Below, piece by piece: positions 8,691-18,544 of a stretch of DNA of 46,388 bases. Location of the stretch: NCBI GenBank assembly GCA_035607015.1, contig DATNDF010000505.1, positions 1-46,388 on the forward strand. The letters run 5' to 3'. This DNA comes from Candidatus Angelobacter sp. (lineage in GTDB: Bacteria; Verrucomicrobiota; Verrucomicrobiia; Limisphaerales; AV2). The translations under genes and the position numbers were made by a program. The notes beneath the pieces were generated by a model. It did not search any database. It saw only the letters and a list, made by a program, of their open reading frames with translations, and was not told the DNA's origin. How positions within the stretch are numbered: position 1 is the stretch's first letter; each line of letters begins with the position of its first letter.

Positions 8691-9830
8691 ATGTTCGAAC
8701 TGTTAAAGGCAGATTCCGATTCCAAAGCACGGCTCGGGCGCCTGACCACGACGCGCGGTGTCATTGATACACCGGTCTTCATGCCGGTCGGCACACAGGG
8801 CAGCGTCAAGGCGCTTGATCCGCGCGAGCTGCGTGAGATGGGGACGCAGATCATCCTCGGGAACACCTACCATCTTTCCATCCGTCCGGGCGTTGAAATC
8901 ATCCGCGAGGCCGGCGGATTGCACCGGTTCATTCACTGGCCGCACCCGATCCTGACCGATAGTGGCGGATTCCAGGTGTTCAGCCTCGCCAAAATCCGGA
9001 AGGTGAAGACGCACGGTGTCGAGTTCCGTTCCCATCTGGACGGTTCATTGCTGTTTCTTGGTCCCAAAGAGGCGATGGAGATCCAGCGTGCGCTGGGTTC
9101 GGACATCGCAATGGTGTTCGACGATTGTCCGTCGCACACCAGCACGCCCCGCGAATTTCGCGGCGCGGTCGAGCGGACGATTCGCTGGGCGAAGGAATGC
9201 CGCGAACAGCCACGCGCGCCGGGACAACTCGTGTTCGGCATCGTCCAGGGCGGCGCGAACGCGGCCTTGCGCGAGGAATGCGCGAAGGCGCTGGTCGCGA
9301 TGGAATTCGACGGCCATGCCATCGGCGGTGTGAGTGTGGGCGAGCCGGAGCCGGAGATGTTCAGGGCGGTGGAACTGACCGAGCAATTTCTTCCGCGAGA
9401 CCGCCCGCGCTATGCGATGGGGCTGGGCACGCCGGCACAACTGGTCGAGCTGGTGGCGCGCGGGGTGGACATGTTCGATTGCGTGCTGCCGACCCGTGTG
9501 GCGCGAAACGGAACGGCTTTCACGAGGAAGGGCACCGTGAGCGTGAAGGCGGGTTTCAACAAGGCGGACTTCCGGCCCATCGAAGAGGGCTGCGAATGTT
9601 TTGCCTGCCGCCATTTCACCCGGGCCTACCTGCGCCATCTGCTCAATGTGAACGAAATCCTCGGTCTGCGCATGGTCAGCGTGCACAACAGTCATCTCTA
9701 TTTGGAATTGATGGCCGACATCCGCGCGCATCTGGCGGCGGGGACGTTCGCGGAGTTCCGCCGCGATTTCGCGGCGGATTACGTTCCGACAAAGAAGGTG
9801 CTTCTGGCCCGGGAGAATTCGGAAAGATAA
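8691..9830 (+). CDS. tgt: tRNA-guanine transglycosylase (queuine tRNA-ribosyltransferase)
   Basis: TTRGVIDTPVFMPVGTQGSVK...LGNTYHL...DSGGFQVFSL...CECFACRHFTRAYLRHL. The conserved tgt-yajC-secDF context supports the call. Confidence 0.97.
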   Translation: MFELLKADSDSKARLGRLTTTRGVIDTPVFMPVGTQGSVKALDPRELREMGTQIILGNTYHLSIRPGVEIIREAGGLHRFIHWPHPILTDSGGFQVFSLAKIRKVKTHGVEFRSHLDGSLLFLGPKEAMEIQRALGSDIAMVFDDCPSHTSTPREFRGAVERTIRWAKECREQPRAPGQLVFGIVQGGANAALREECAKALVAMEFDGHAIGGVSVGEPEPEMFRAVELTEQFLPRDRPRYAMGLGTPAQLVELVARGVDMFDCVLPTRVARNGTAFTRKGTVSVKAGFNKADFRPIEEGCECFACRHFTRAYLRHLLNVNEILGLRMVSVHNSHLYLELMADIRAHLAAGTFAEFRRDFAADYVPTKKVLLARENSER

Positions 9831-9965
9831 TCTTCACGCCGGACCCGGGGGCAATGCCGGTTCTGCGCCAGCCGAGGTTGGCCGGGCCACGCGGCGTCCA
9901 TCGAGTTAAAACGCTTGCCAAACGTGGTCGCGTCCCTAGATTTAGCGACTCTTGACTCGAAAGAA

Positions 9966-10313
9966 ATGACCTTTTTCGCCTTGAACACCCTGCTGGCGGA
10001 CGCGGCACCGGCTGCCGCGCCGCAGGCGCCGGGCGTGGAGCAACTCGTCAAGGGCCCGCTGCCCCTGATGGTCATCATGTTCGCTGCTCTCTACATCATC
10101 ATGATCCGGCCGCAGCAAAAGAAGGCAAAGGAACACGCGCAGTTGCTCAAGACGCTCAAGCCGCGGGACAAGGTCGTCACCAGCGGCGGCGTGATGGGCG
10201 TTGTCGTCAGCGTCCAGGAGAAATCGGTCACCATCCGCTCGGCCGACACGAAACTGGAGGTGCTCAAGAGCGCCGTTTCGGAAATCACTGAACGGGCCGC
10301 GGGCGAGGGGTAA
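9966..10313 (+). CDS. yajC: preprotein translocase subunit YajC
   Basis: LMVIMFAALYIIMIRPQQKKAKEHAQLLKTLKPRDKVVTSGGVMGVVV. I prefer the ATG at 9966 to the ORF-track start at 9915. Confidence 0.9.
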   Translation: MTFFALNTLLADAAPAAAPQAPGVEQLVKGPLPLMVIMFAALYIIMIRPQQKKAKEHAQLLKTLKPRDKVVTSGGVMGVVVSVQEKSVTIRSADTKLEVLKSAVSEITERAAGEG

Positions 10314-10323
10314 TTCTCTTTTC

Positions 10324-12852
10324 ATGAAGCGCAATAATTTCTGGAAGTGGGCGTTCGTCGTCTTCATCGTGGCCTGGGCGTTGTGGGAGATCAACCCGCC
10401 GACCAACGGCGATCTCGTCGAGGAATTCAAGAACCGCGCAGTCAACACCGACACCAATTTCACGGCGATACTGGACCGGGTCCGGCAACTGCAACAACAG
10501 GCGCCGGGACGCGCATTCGCGAACCTGCAGGAGGCCGTCGGGACGAACAGCATCACGCGATACTTTCCGTTTGTGAACGCGGCGACGGAGGACGACCCCA
10601 CGCTGGCCATCCTGCACCGTTTGCAACGCGACGCCGCGGGCAAGGTCAAACTCGGTCTCGATCTTCAGGGAGGCTCTTCGTTTCTCGTGGAGATGGACAC
10701 GAACCAGATGGCCCAAGCCGAGCAAAAGAGCCGGGCGCTTTCACAGGCGGTCGAGGTGCTTCGCAAGCGGGTGGACCAGTTTGGAGTGGCCGAACCGCTC
10801 ATCCAGCCCGAGGGCGACAATCGCATCCTGATCCAGTTGCCCGGCCTGTCCGAACAGGACAAGGACAGCGTCAGAAAGAAGATACAACGCACCGCGTTTT
10901 TGGAATTTCGTCTGGTGCATCCTCAGAGCCACGAACTGATCAGCCAGGGTTTGGGGGCCATTGGTTACACGAACATGGTCTATCGTTCCCGGCCGAAAAA
11001 CGGGCAGGTACAGGTCACGCATTACCTGATCAAGAAAACTCCCGAACGGGGTCTGACCGGGAAATACGTCAAAAACGCACGGCCCATCATGGATCCGGGG
11101 ACGGGTCAGCCCGAAATCGAATTTACGTTGAACGACGAAGGAGCGGCCCTGTTTGCCGACGTGACCAAGGACAATGTGGGCAGATATCTGGCCATCATTT
11201 TGGATGGCGAAGTGAAATCAGCACCGGTCATCAAAGGACAGATCCCGGGCGGCAGAGGTGTTATTGAGGGGGATTTTACCGTGGAAGAAGCGTACGACCT
11301 GGCCAGCGTGCTGATGAATCCGCTCGAAGCGCCGGTCAGGATCGTCGAGGAACGGAGTGTGGATCCTTCGCTGGGCAGGGACTCGATTCGGAGCGGCATC
11401 AAGGCGTCGATCATCGGCACGATTTTCGTTTCTGTCTTCATGCTCGTCTATTACATGTTCGCCGGCCTGGTCGCGAATGTCGCCCTGATCACGAACATCG
11501 TCATCACGATGGGTGTCATGTGTTCGCTGAGCACAACGCTGACACTGCCGGGCATCGCCGGCATGGTGCTGACCATCGGCATGGCCGTGGATGCCAACGT
11601 GCTGATCTATGAGCGCATCCGCGAGGAACTGGCCAAGGGGAAGTCCATGCGCGGCGCACTGGCGGCGGGATACGACCGCGCGTTCGGCACGATTTTCGAT
11701 TCGCATGTGACCACGCTGATTTCCTCGGTGATTTTGATTTTCATGGGCACCGGGTCGGTCAAGGGTTTCGGCTTCACCCTCACCTTCGGCGTGGCCTCAA
11801 GCCTCTTTACGGCGCTGATTGTGACCCGGATTATTTTTGACTGGGTGCTCGAGCGCGGCTGGCTCAAATCGCTGCGCATGCTGCACCTCATCCGGAGCGT
11901 GAAACTCGACTTCATGAAACTGGCCAAACCGGCGTTCATCCTGTCGTGGACGATCATCCTGATCGGTCTGGGTTACGGCGTGTCGCGCGGCTCGAAACTG
12001 TTCGGGGTGGATTTTGTCGGCGGTGACACGACGACGTTCGGTTTTCAGCAAAAAGTGGAGGTCGAGAAGGTGCGGGATGCACTGACCAGGGTGGGCGAAA
12101 AGGAATCCCTGATCCAGTATCAGGGCGGGGTCGGCGGCGGCGCGGAGACTTTGCGTGTGACCACCTCGAAAGATTCGGCAAAAAAGATCCAGGAGGAGCT
12201 GACGAAGGAGTTCCCGCAGGCGAAATTCGAGGTGAAGGGCCAGGAAAGCGTCGGGCCGACCGTCGGGAAGGAGATTCAACAATCAGCGGTCATCGCCTCG
12301 CTGCTGTCCCTGTTTGGCATTCTGGTTTACGTGGCTTTCCGCTACGAGTTCTCCTTTGCCGTCGGCGCCGTGGTGGCGGTCATTCACGACGTGTTGATGA
12401 CCATTGGATGCTACTGCATGGCCAACGGCGTCTCCGGACGCGAATTCAACGCGACCGTGGTGGCGGCGGTCCTGACCATCATCGGCTTTTCCATCAACGA
12501 CACCATCGTCATCTTCGACCGCATCCGCGAGGATTTGAAGCTGGGCGTGCGGGGTTCGTTCAAGGACCTCATCAATCAGGCACTCAACCAGACCCTGAGC
12601 CGCACCATCATCACCTCGGGCACGGTATTTCTGGCGACCATAGCCCTCTACATCTTCGGCGGCGGGGTCATCAACGACTTCGCATTCACGTTTCTCGTCG
12701 GCATCATCACCGGCACGTATTCGAGCATCTACATCGCCAGCGCGCTCGTGTTGTGGTGGCACAAGGGCCATCGTCCCAAGGGGGCCACCCCGCAGTTGGC
12801 GATGGAAAACTCCGCGACGACCGGCGTGACGCGGCCCGCCCGGGCGGTCTGA
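10324..12852 (+). CDS. secDF: protein translocase subunit SecDF (fused SecD-SecF)
   Basis: Start MKRNNFWKWAFVVFIVAWAL. P1-head motif GRYLAIILDGEVKSAPVIKGQIPGGRGVIEGDFTVEEAYDLA. There are two sets of six TM segments. The ORF-track start at 10201 overlaps yajC and is rejected. Confidence 0.95.
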   Translation: MKRNNFWKWAFVVFIVAWALWEINPPTNGDLVEEFKNRAVNTDTNFTAILDRVRQLQQQAPGRAFANLQEAVGTNSITRYFPFVNAATEDDPTLAILHRLQRDAAGKVKLGLDLQGGSSFLVEMDTNQMAQAEQKSRALSQAVEVLRKRVDQFGVAEPLIQPEGDNRILIQLPGLSEQDKDSVRKKIQRTAFLEFRLVHPQSHELISQGLGAIGYTNMVYRSRPKNGQVQVTHYLIKKTPERGLTGKYVKNARPIMDPGTGQPEIEFTLNDEGAALFADVTKDNVGRYLAIILDGEVKSAPVIKGQIPGGRGVIEGDFTVEEAYDLASVLMNPLEAPVRIVEERSVDPSLGRDSIRSGIKASIIGTIFVSVFMLVYYMFAGLVANVALITNIVITMGVMCSLSTTLTLPGIAGMVLTIGMAVDANVLIYERIREELAKGKSMRGALAAGYDRAFGTIFDSHVTTLISSVILIFMGTGSVKGFGFTLTFGVASSLFTALIVTRIIFDWVLERGWLKSLRMLHLIRSVKLDFMKLAKPAFILSWTIILIGLGYGVSRGSKLFGVDFVGGDTTTFGFQQKVEVEKVRDALTRVGEKESLIQYQGGVGGGAETLRVTTSKDSAKKIQEELTKEFPQAKFEVKGQESVGPTVGKEIQQSAVIASLLSLFGILVYVAFRYEFSFAVGAVVAVIHDVLMTIGCYCMANGVSGREFNATVVAAVLTIIGFSINDTIVIFDRIREDLKLGVRGSFKDLINQALNQTLSRTIITSGTVFLATIALYIFGGGVINDFAFTFLVGIITGTYSSIYIASALVLWWHKGHRPKGATPQLAMENSATTGVTRPARAV

Positions 12853-12862
12853 GCGCGGGGCC

Positions 12863-13840
12863 ATGTTCGGCCAGATTGAAATCACCCCGCTTCACTGGGC
12901 TGGTTTCATCGCCATCGTCCTCGTTTTTCTGGCGCTCGATCTCGGTGTTTTTCATCGGCGCGCGCACGTCGTGAAATTCAGGGAGGCGCTGCTGTGGACC
13001 ACCGTTTGGTGCGTCTTGTCGCTCGTGTTTTGCGGCGCGCTGGCGAAACTCCGGAACCGGCAGGAATCGCTTGAGTTTATCACCGGCTACATCATCGAGC
13101 TGTCGCTGTCGATGGACAATGTGTTCGTCATCGCGGTCCTCTTCGCCTATTTCCGCGTGCCGCTCGAATACCAGCACCGGGTATTGTTCTGGGGAATCCT
13201 CGGGGCGCTGGTCATGCGGGGCGCGATGATCGGGCTGGGCGCGGCGCTGATTGACCGCTTTGACTGGATGCTTTATGTGCTGGGCGCGGTCCTCGTGTTC
13301 ACCGGTGTCCGCATGATCCTCGTGGGCGACAGGCCGCCCGATCCGGAAAAAAACATCGTCATCCGCGCCGCGCGCAGGCTTTTTCCGGTGACCGCGGAAT
13401 TCAACGGGCAGAAGTTTTTCGCGTCCCTCAACGGGCGGACCGCGCTGACGCCTCTGGCGCTCGTGCTGCTGATGGTGGAAACGACCGACCTGCTTTTCGC
13501 CGTGGACTCCATCCCGGCGATTTTCGCCGTGACCAAAAAGCCGTTCATCGTTTTTACGTCGAACGTTTTTGCCATTCTCGGCCTGCGCTCGCTCTATTTC
13601 GTGCTGGCCGGGGCGATCGGTTATTTTCGCTTCCTCAAGGTCGGTCTGTCGCTCGTGCTGTGTTTCATCGGCACCAAGATGTTGCTCGGCGCCTGGGACG
13701 TTGACATCTCCATCACGGTCTCTCTCGCTGTCGTGGCCTCGATCATCCTGACCTCGGTCGTTTTCTCGGTCCTCGCGGCGCGCCGGGAGCAGTCCACCGG
13801 GGACAAGGCGGGACGTGATCCTGAAGCGGATTCGCCGTGA
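12863..13840 (+). CDS. TerC-family integral membrane protein
   Basis: FITGYIIELSLSMDNVFVIAVLFAYFRVP and VDSIPAIFAVTKKPFIVFTSNVFAILGLRSLYF are TerC/Alx repeats. Confidence 0.88.
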   Translation: MFGQIEITPLHWAGFIAIVLVFLALDLGVFHRRAHVVKFREALLWTTVWCVLSLVFCGALAKLRNRQESLEFITGYIIELSLSMDNVFVIAVLFAYFRVPLEYQHRVLFWGILGALVMRGAMIGLGAALIDRFDWMLYVLGAVLVFTGVRMILVGDRPPDPEKNIVIRAARRLFPVTAEFNGQKFFASLNGRTALTPLALVLLMVETTDLLFAVDSIPAIFAVTKKPFIVFTSNVFAILGLRSLYFVLAGAIGYFRFLKVGLSLVLCFIGTKMLLGAWDVDISITVSLAVVASIILTSVVFSVLAARREQSTGDKAGRDPEADSP

Positions 13841-13874
13841 AGGCGACTCCGGCCGCCGCGCGGACTGAACACCG

Positions 13875-15593
13875 ATGAAATATCGCTGGTCCATCGCGCC
13901 GTCACAGCCGCTCATGGCGGGGCCGCTGGCGGGCGAACTCAAGATTTCGCCCATGCTGGCCCAATGCCTCGTCAATCGGGGCGTGACCCAACCGGACCGC
14001 GCCGCGGATTTCCTCCAGCCCCGGTTGAACCAGTTGAGCGACCCGTTTCTGTTGCCGAACATGGCGGCGGCAGTTGACCGGCTGTTTCTGGCGCGAGGCC
14101 GGGACGAGCCGCTGGTCATTTTCGGTGATTACGACGTTGATGGGGTGACCTCAACCGCGTTGCTGACGGAGGTGTTGGGCGCGCTCGGCTGGCGGGTCAG
14201 CCATTACCTGCCGCACCGTCTCGAGGAAGGCTACGGACTGAGCCAGGACGGCGTGGAGAACTGCCTGCTCAAACATCCCGTCAAACTTGTGCTGGCGGTG
14301 GATTGCGGATCGACCGCGGTGTCCACGGTTGACTGGCTTCGTCAGCGCGGGGTGGATGTCATCGTGCTGGATCATCACCAGGTGTCGAGTCCGCCGCCCG
14401 CGGCGTCGGCGCTCGTAAATCCCCAACTCGCGGTCGCGGCCGGATCGCCGTTCAACGGGCTTTGCTCTGTCGGACTTGCGTTCAAGCTGGCCCACGCGAT
14501 TGTGAAACGCGGGCGCGAAACGGGTTTGTCTGGCGCCGCGGAATATGATGTGCGCCCGTTGCTCGACCTGGTGGCGCTGGGGACGGTCGCCGACCTCGTC
14601 CCGCTGTCCGGTGAAAACCGCATTCTCGTCGCAATCGGGCTTCAACGTCTGAACGCGACGCAACGGCCGGGGTTGGTTGCGTTGAAAACGGTCGCTCAAA
14701 CCCCGGCGCTCATCGGTATTTATGAAGTCAGTTTCCAGCTCGGCCCGCGACTCAACGCGGCAGGCCGGCTGGAGACAGCGGCGGCCGCCCTGGATCTCCT
14801 GCTTGCGCGCAGCCTGGCGGAAGCCGAACCGCTGGCCCGCGAGTTGGACGCGCAAAATCGCGAGCGGCAGCAAATCGAACGCGGCATCGCCGGAGAGGTC
14901 ATCGGCGCGGTTCGCGCGAAATTCAATCCGGAGACGGATTATGTCGTGGTCGAAGGAAAACTGCTCTGGCACATCGGCGTGGTCGGCATCGTGGCGTCGC
15001 GGGTTCTGCGCGAGTTCTACCGGCCGACAATCATCCTGGGCGGCGAGGGGAACGAATGGCGGGGATCGGGACGGAGCATCGAGGGATTCGATCTCGCGGC
15101 GGCGTTGCGCGAATGCGATGACCTGCTGCTGCGGCACGGCGGTCACGCAATGGCGGCGGGCCTTTCTGTCCGTCCTCAGAATCTCGATGCGCTGCGTGAG
15201 CGGCTTAACAATCTGGCCCGGCGGACGCTGACGCGCGAACAACTTCAGCCGCTGCTTCGACTGGACGCCGAGGTCCGTCTGGTTGATTTGACACTCGAAC
15301 GGTTGAAGGAATTGCGGCGTCTGGAACCGATCGGGCAGGGGAACCCGCCGGTGCAATTCGTCGTGCGCGATGTCACGCTCCAGCGTCCTTCACAGCGGAT
15401 GGGTCGCGAGAAACAGCACGCGAAACTTTGGATCACCGACGGACACGCCGTCCGCGAGGTGGTTTGCTGGAACCATGATGAGGCGGCGCTCCCGTCCGGC
15501 ATTTTTGATCTGGCCTTCGCTCGGCAAATCAACGAATACAGCGGCGTGCGCTCGGCGCAATTGAAATTATTGGATTGGCGATCGGTTCATTAG
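13875..15593 (+). CDS. recJ: single-stranded-DNA-specific exonuclease RecJ
   Basis: DHH motifs IFGDYDVDGVTSTALL, AVDCGS, VIVLDHHQ, and the DHHA1 motif GGHAMAAG. Confidence 0.95.
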   Translation: MKYRWSIAPSQPLMAGPLAGELKISPMLAQCLVNRGVTQPDRAADFLQPRLNQLSDPFLLPNMAAAVDRLFLARGRDEPLVIFGDYDVDGVTSTALLTEVLGALGWRVSHYLPHRLEEGYGLSQDGVENCLLKHPVKLVLAVDCGSTAVSTVDWLRQRGVDVIVLDHHQVSSPPPAASALVNPQLAVAAGSPFNGLCSVGLAFKLAHAIVKRGRETGLSGAAEYDVRPLLDLVALGTVADLVPLSGENRILVAIGLQRLNATQRPGLVALKTVAQTPALIGIYEVSFQLGPRLNAAGRLETAAAALDLLLARSLAEAEPLARELDAQNRERQQIERGIAGEVIGAVRAKFNPETDYVVVEGKLLWHIGVVGIVASRVLREFYRPTIILGGEGNEWRGSGRSIEGFDLAAALRECDDLLLRHGGHAMAAGLSVRPQNLDALRERLNNLARRTLTREQLQPLLRLDAEVRLVDLTLERLKELRRLEPIGQGNPPVQFVVRDVTLQRPSQRMGREKQHAKLWITDGHAVREVVCWNHDEAALPSGIFDLAFARQINEYSGVRSAQLKLLDWRSVH

Positions 15594-15597
15594 GCTT

Positions 15598-16317
15598 GTG
15601 AAACGTCGCCTTAACTTTCTTGCCTTGGTCTTGCTAGGATTTCTTTCTATTGCTGAGTGGTTTTATTCTTTTGGTTTACATGACGACGCCAAGTTTATTT
15701 TGGACGTTTTGACCGCCTTTTCTGTCATTGTTGCGATTCTCATGGCTCTCTTCGGCGATGCACTGAGGCAACATTTCGATCCGATTCGGCTTTCTATCGG
15801 GATTCCTGAAGTCACAAACAATTTCTTAGACAACCCTGTCTTGAAGGGAAAGCCTACTGCCGTCTATTGTCATCACCTGATGGTAAAAAACCACTCACCG
15901 CATCGAGTGATCGAGAGCTGTCGCGTCTGGCTTGTTGCGATACTTGACCAAGACCCTAATGGTGAATTTGGAGGAAAAGGGAAAGTCCAATTTGCCGTTC
16001 CTCGGCTGATGGAGTGGGCACCGAAGGAATACTCTAAAGACAAAAGATCTTTTTCGGATTCTCAGGTCTTTGATTTTGGAGAGTTTTTCCCCGAATGCGG
16101 CCTATTTAAGCTTCGAATATTAGAAGAACAAGGAGGTTATTTCACTCCAGACTGTAGGCCAGGAAACAAGCGGAGATATGTGTTTCACGTAACGGCCGAC
16201 AATTATGTAAGGTCGGATCGGTTTACAGTAGAAGTCAAAAGCAACTTCCATAAACCGGAATTTGATTGGCCCTATCCGTTCAAATCGGAAGTAAAGGTTG
16301 TTTCTCACGAACATTGA
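15598..16317 (+). CDS. hypothetical membrane-anchored protein, AT-rich orphan gene
   Basis: GTG start 4 nt after the recJ stop, and a stop 3 nt before the ispD ATG. Two N-terminal TM helices (LNFLALVLLGFLSIAEWFYSF, ILDVLTAFSVIVAILMALFG) precede a ~170-aa soluble domain that I do not recognise. Confidence 0.6.
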   Translation: MKRRLNFLALVLLGFLSIAEWFYSFGLHDDAKFILDVLTAFSVIVAILMALFGDALRQHFDPIRLSIGIPEVTNNFLDNPVLKGKPTAVYCHHLMVKNHSPHRVIESCRVWLVAILDQDPNGEFGGKGKVQFAVPRLMEWAPKEYSKDKRSFSDSQVFDFGEFFPECGLFKLRILEEQGGYFTPDCRPGNKRRYVFHVTADNYVRSDRFTVEVKSNFHKPEFDWPYPFKSEVKVVSHEH

Positions 16318-16320
16318 GCC

Positions 16321-17013
16321 ATGACTTCTGCCGTCATCGTTGCCGCCGGCAAGGGCACCCGCATGGGGCCGGATGTGGACAAGCTCTTTCTGGAGATGGC
16401 AGGGCGCCCGGTCGTGGCCCACACGTGGCAGCGGTTCGACAAGGCGGCGTGCGTTGACGAAATCATTCTGGTCGTGCGCGACACGATGCAACCGGCCTTC
16501 GCCGAGCTGGCGAAAAGATTTCGCTTTCAAAAACCGCACCGCGTGGTCGTCGGCGGAAAAGAAAGGCAGGATTCGGTCTGGAACGGATTACAGAGTCTGG
16601 ACCCGGCGGCGGAAATCGTGGCGATCCAGGACGGCGCGCGTCCATGCACTTCGGAAAAGGTGATCGGTGACACCGTTCGGGCCGCGCGCGAAATCGGCGC
16701 CGCGGTTGCGGCGCAGCGGGTCACGGACACGATCAAGGAATCCGACGGCGACTCACTGATAGCCCGGACCGTGGATCGCTCGAAGCTTTGGGCAGTGCAA
16801 ACACCGCAGGCGTTTCGCGTCGAGGTCATCCGCCGTGCATTGAGCGCGGTGCGGCAGAAAGGATTGCTGGTGACCGACGATACCGCCGCGTGTGAACTGA
16901 TCGGGCAGGCGGTCAAGCTGGTCGAATGCGTGGCGCCCAATCCGAAGGTGACCGTGGCGGCTGATTTGCCATATATCGAACGGGTTTTGCTCGGTGTGAA
17001 GTCGTCCGCGTGA
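16321..17013 (+). CDS. ispD: 2-C-methyl-D-erythritol 4-phosphate cytidylyltransferase
   Basis: AVIVAAGKGTRMG...KLFLEMAGRPV...VAIQDGARP...VQTPQAF. Confidence 0.93.
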   Translation: MTSAVIVAAGKGTRMGPDVDKLFLEMAGRPVVAHTWQRFDKAACVDEIILVVRDTMQPAFAELAKRFRFQKPHRVVVGGKERQDSVWNGLQSLDPAAEIVAIQDGARPCTSEKVIGDTVRAAREIGAAVAAQRVTDTIKESDGDSLIARTVDRSKLWAVQTPQAFRVEVIRRALSAVRQKGLLVTDDTAACELIGQAVKLVECVAPNPKVTVAADLPYIERVLLGVKSSA

Positions 17014-17128
17014 AGCTGCGCGAGGCGCGGGTTTCGACAAACCGCGACGACGGGCCCGGCGTCGCCAAGCCCGCCCTTGCCAATTGGACGACGGCCCGTT
17101 ACTGTCTGCCATAGTTGATCATCTGTTT

Positions 17129-18475
17129 ATGAAGAAACGCATCTTATATGGTCTCCTGCTCACCGCCCTCACTTTGAACCTGCTGCTGGGCGCGCGCATT
17201 TATTTCAGCTATGCGCAGGCCGGCGAAAAGGACGACGTTTATCAGAACATCGAGCTTTTCACGCGCGTGCTCGAACGCGTGCGCAAGGATTATGTGGACG
17301 GCGACAAGGTGACGTACAAGGACCTGATCTACGCCGCGATGAAGGGAATGCTCAATTCGCTGGATCCTCACAGCGAGTTCATGGACGCGTCAAAATACAA
17401 TGAACTGAAGGACGACACGGAGGGCCTGTTCGGCGGCGTGGGCATCGTCATCGGCGTGCGCGACAGCTTTCTGACGGTTATTTCACCGATGGAGGACACA
17501 CCGGCGTTCAAGGCGGGCATTCTGACCGGCGACCGCATCATCAAGATCGAGGGAAAAAGCGCGGAGAAACTCACCCTGCCGGACGCGGTGAAACGGTTGC
17601 GCGGCGCGCCGGGCACCGAAGTGAACATCACCGTGCTGCGTCCGTCCTCCGGTCAGGCGAAGGATTACAAGCTGACCCGCGCGGAAATCAAACTGGACAC
17701 CGTCAAGGACATCAACGGGAAGCGTGAATTTCCCCTGGGCGAAAATAAAATCGGTTACATCCGGCTCACCCAGTTCGGCGAGCAGACGAGTTCGGAACTT
17801 GACGATGCGTTGAAGAAGCTGGACAGGCAGGGGATGCAGGCGCTGGTGCTGGACTTGCGGAACAACCCGGGCGGGTTGCTGGACCAGGCGGCCAAGGTTT
17901 GCGAGAAATTTCTCCCAAAGAACCAGTTGATCGTTTCCACGGAAGGGCGGCACGCGGAAGAGCGGAGCGAGTATCGCTCTTCGGGGCGGGGCGCGCATCC
18001 GACGCTGCCGCTGGTCATCCTCGTGAACAACGGGAGCGCCAGCGCCTCGGAAATCGTGGCCGGTTGCCTGCAGGACACGACCGCAACCGGCGCTTCACGC
18101 GCCATCATTCTCGGTGAACAAACCTTCGGGAAGGGTTCTGTGCAGAAGATCCTGCCGTTGCAGGACGGGTCCGCCTTGCGCCTGACCACGGCAAAGTATT
18201 ACACGCCCAGCCACAAAGTGATCCACGAAAAGGGCATCACGCCGGATATTGTCGTGCCAATGAGCGTAGAGGACGAGGAGGCGCTCTTCCTCCGCCGCAG
18301 TCCCGGCGCGGTCGAGACGCTTCCGGATGACAAACGCGAAGAGATCCTGGCGATCCACGATGTCCAGCTGGAGCGCGCCCTCGAGGTGCTCAAAGGCGTC
18401 ACAATCTACGCCCAGCGCTCCGTCGGCGAGAAAGTCGCGGTCCGGAAAAGCGAAAAAGTTGCCGCGGCGAAATAA
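17129..18475 (+). CDS. ctp: carboxy-terminal processing peptidase (S41)
   Basis: Signal/TM start MKKRILYGLLLTALTLNLLLG. PDZ segment GILTGDRIIKIEG. LVLDLRNNPGGLL and VNNGSASASEI (catalytic Ser), followed by GKGSVQ. Confidence 0.92.
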   Translation: MKKRILYGLLLTALTLNLLLGARIYFSYAQAGEKDDVYQNIELFTRVLERVRKDYVDGDKVTYKDLIYAAMKGMLNSLDPHSEFMDASKYNELKDDTEGLFGGVGIVIGVRDSFLTVISPMEDTPAFKAGILTGDRIIKIEGKSAEKLTLPDAVKRLRGAPGTEVNITVLRPSSGQAKDYKLTRAEIKLDTVKDINGKREFPLGENKIGYIRLTQFGEQTSSELDDALKKLDRQGMQALVLDLRNNPGGLLDQAAKVCEKFLPKNQLIVSTEGRHAEERSEYRSSGRGAHPTLPLVILVNNGSASASEIVAGCLQDTTATGASRAIILGEQTFGKGSVQKILPLQDGSALRLTTAKYYTPSHKVIHEKGITPDIVVPMSVEDEEALFLRRSPGAVETLPDDKREEILAIHDVQLERALEVLKGVTIYAQRSVGEKVAVRKSEKVAAAK

Positions 18476-18544
18476 TCCGGCGCCGGACAAGATCCATTCC
18501 CGCGCAGTCAGGATGACTGTCAGCGACGCCCCGGCGTTCCGGTC

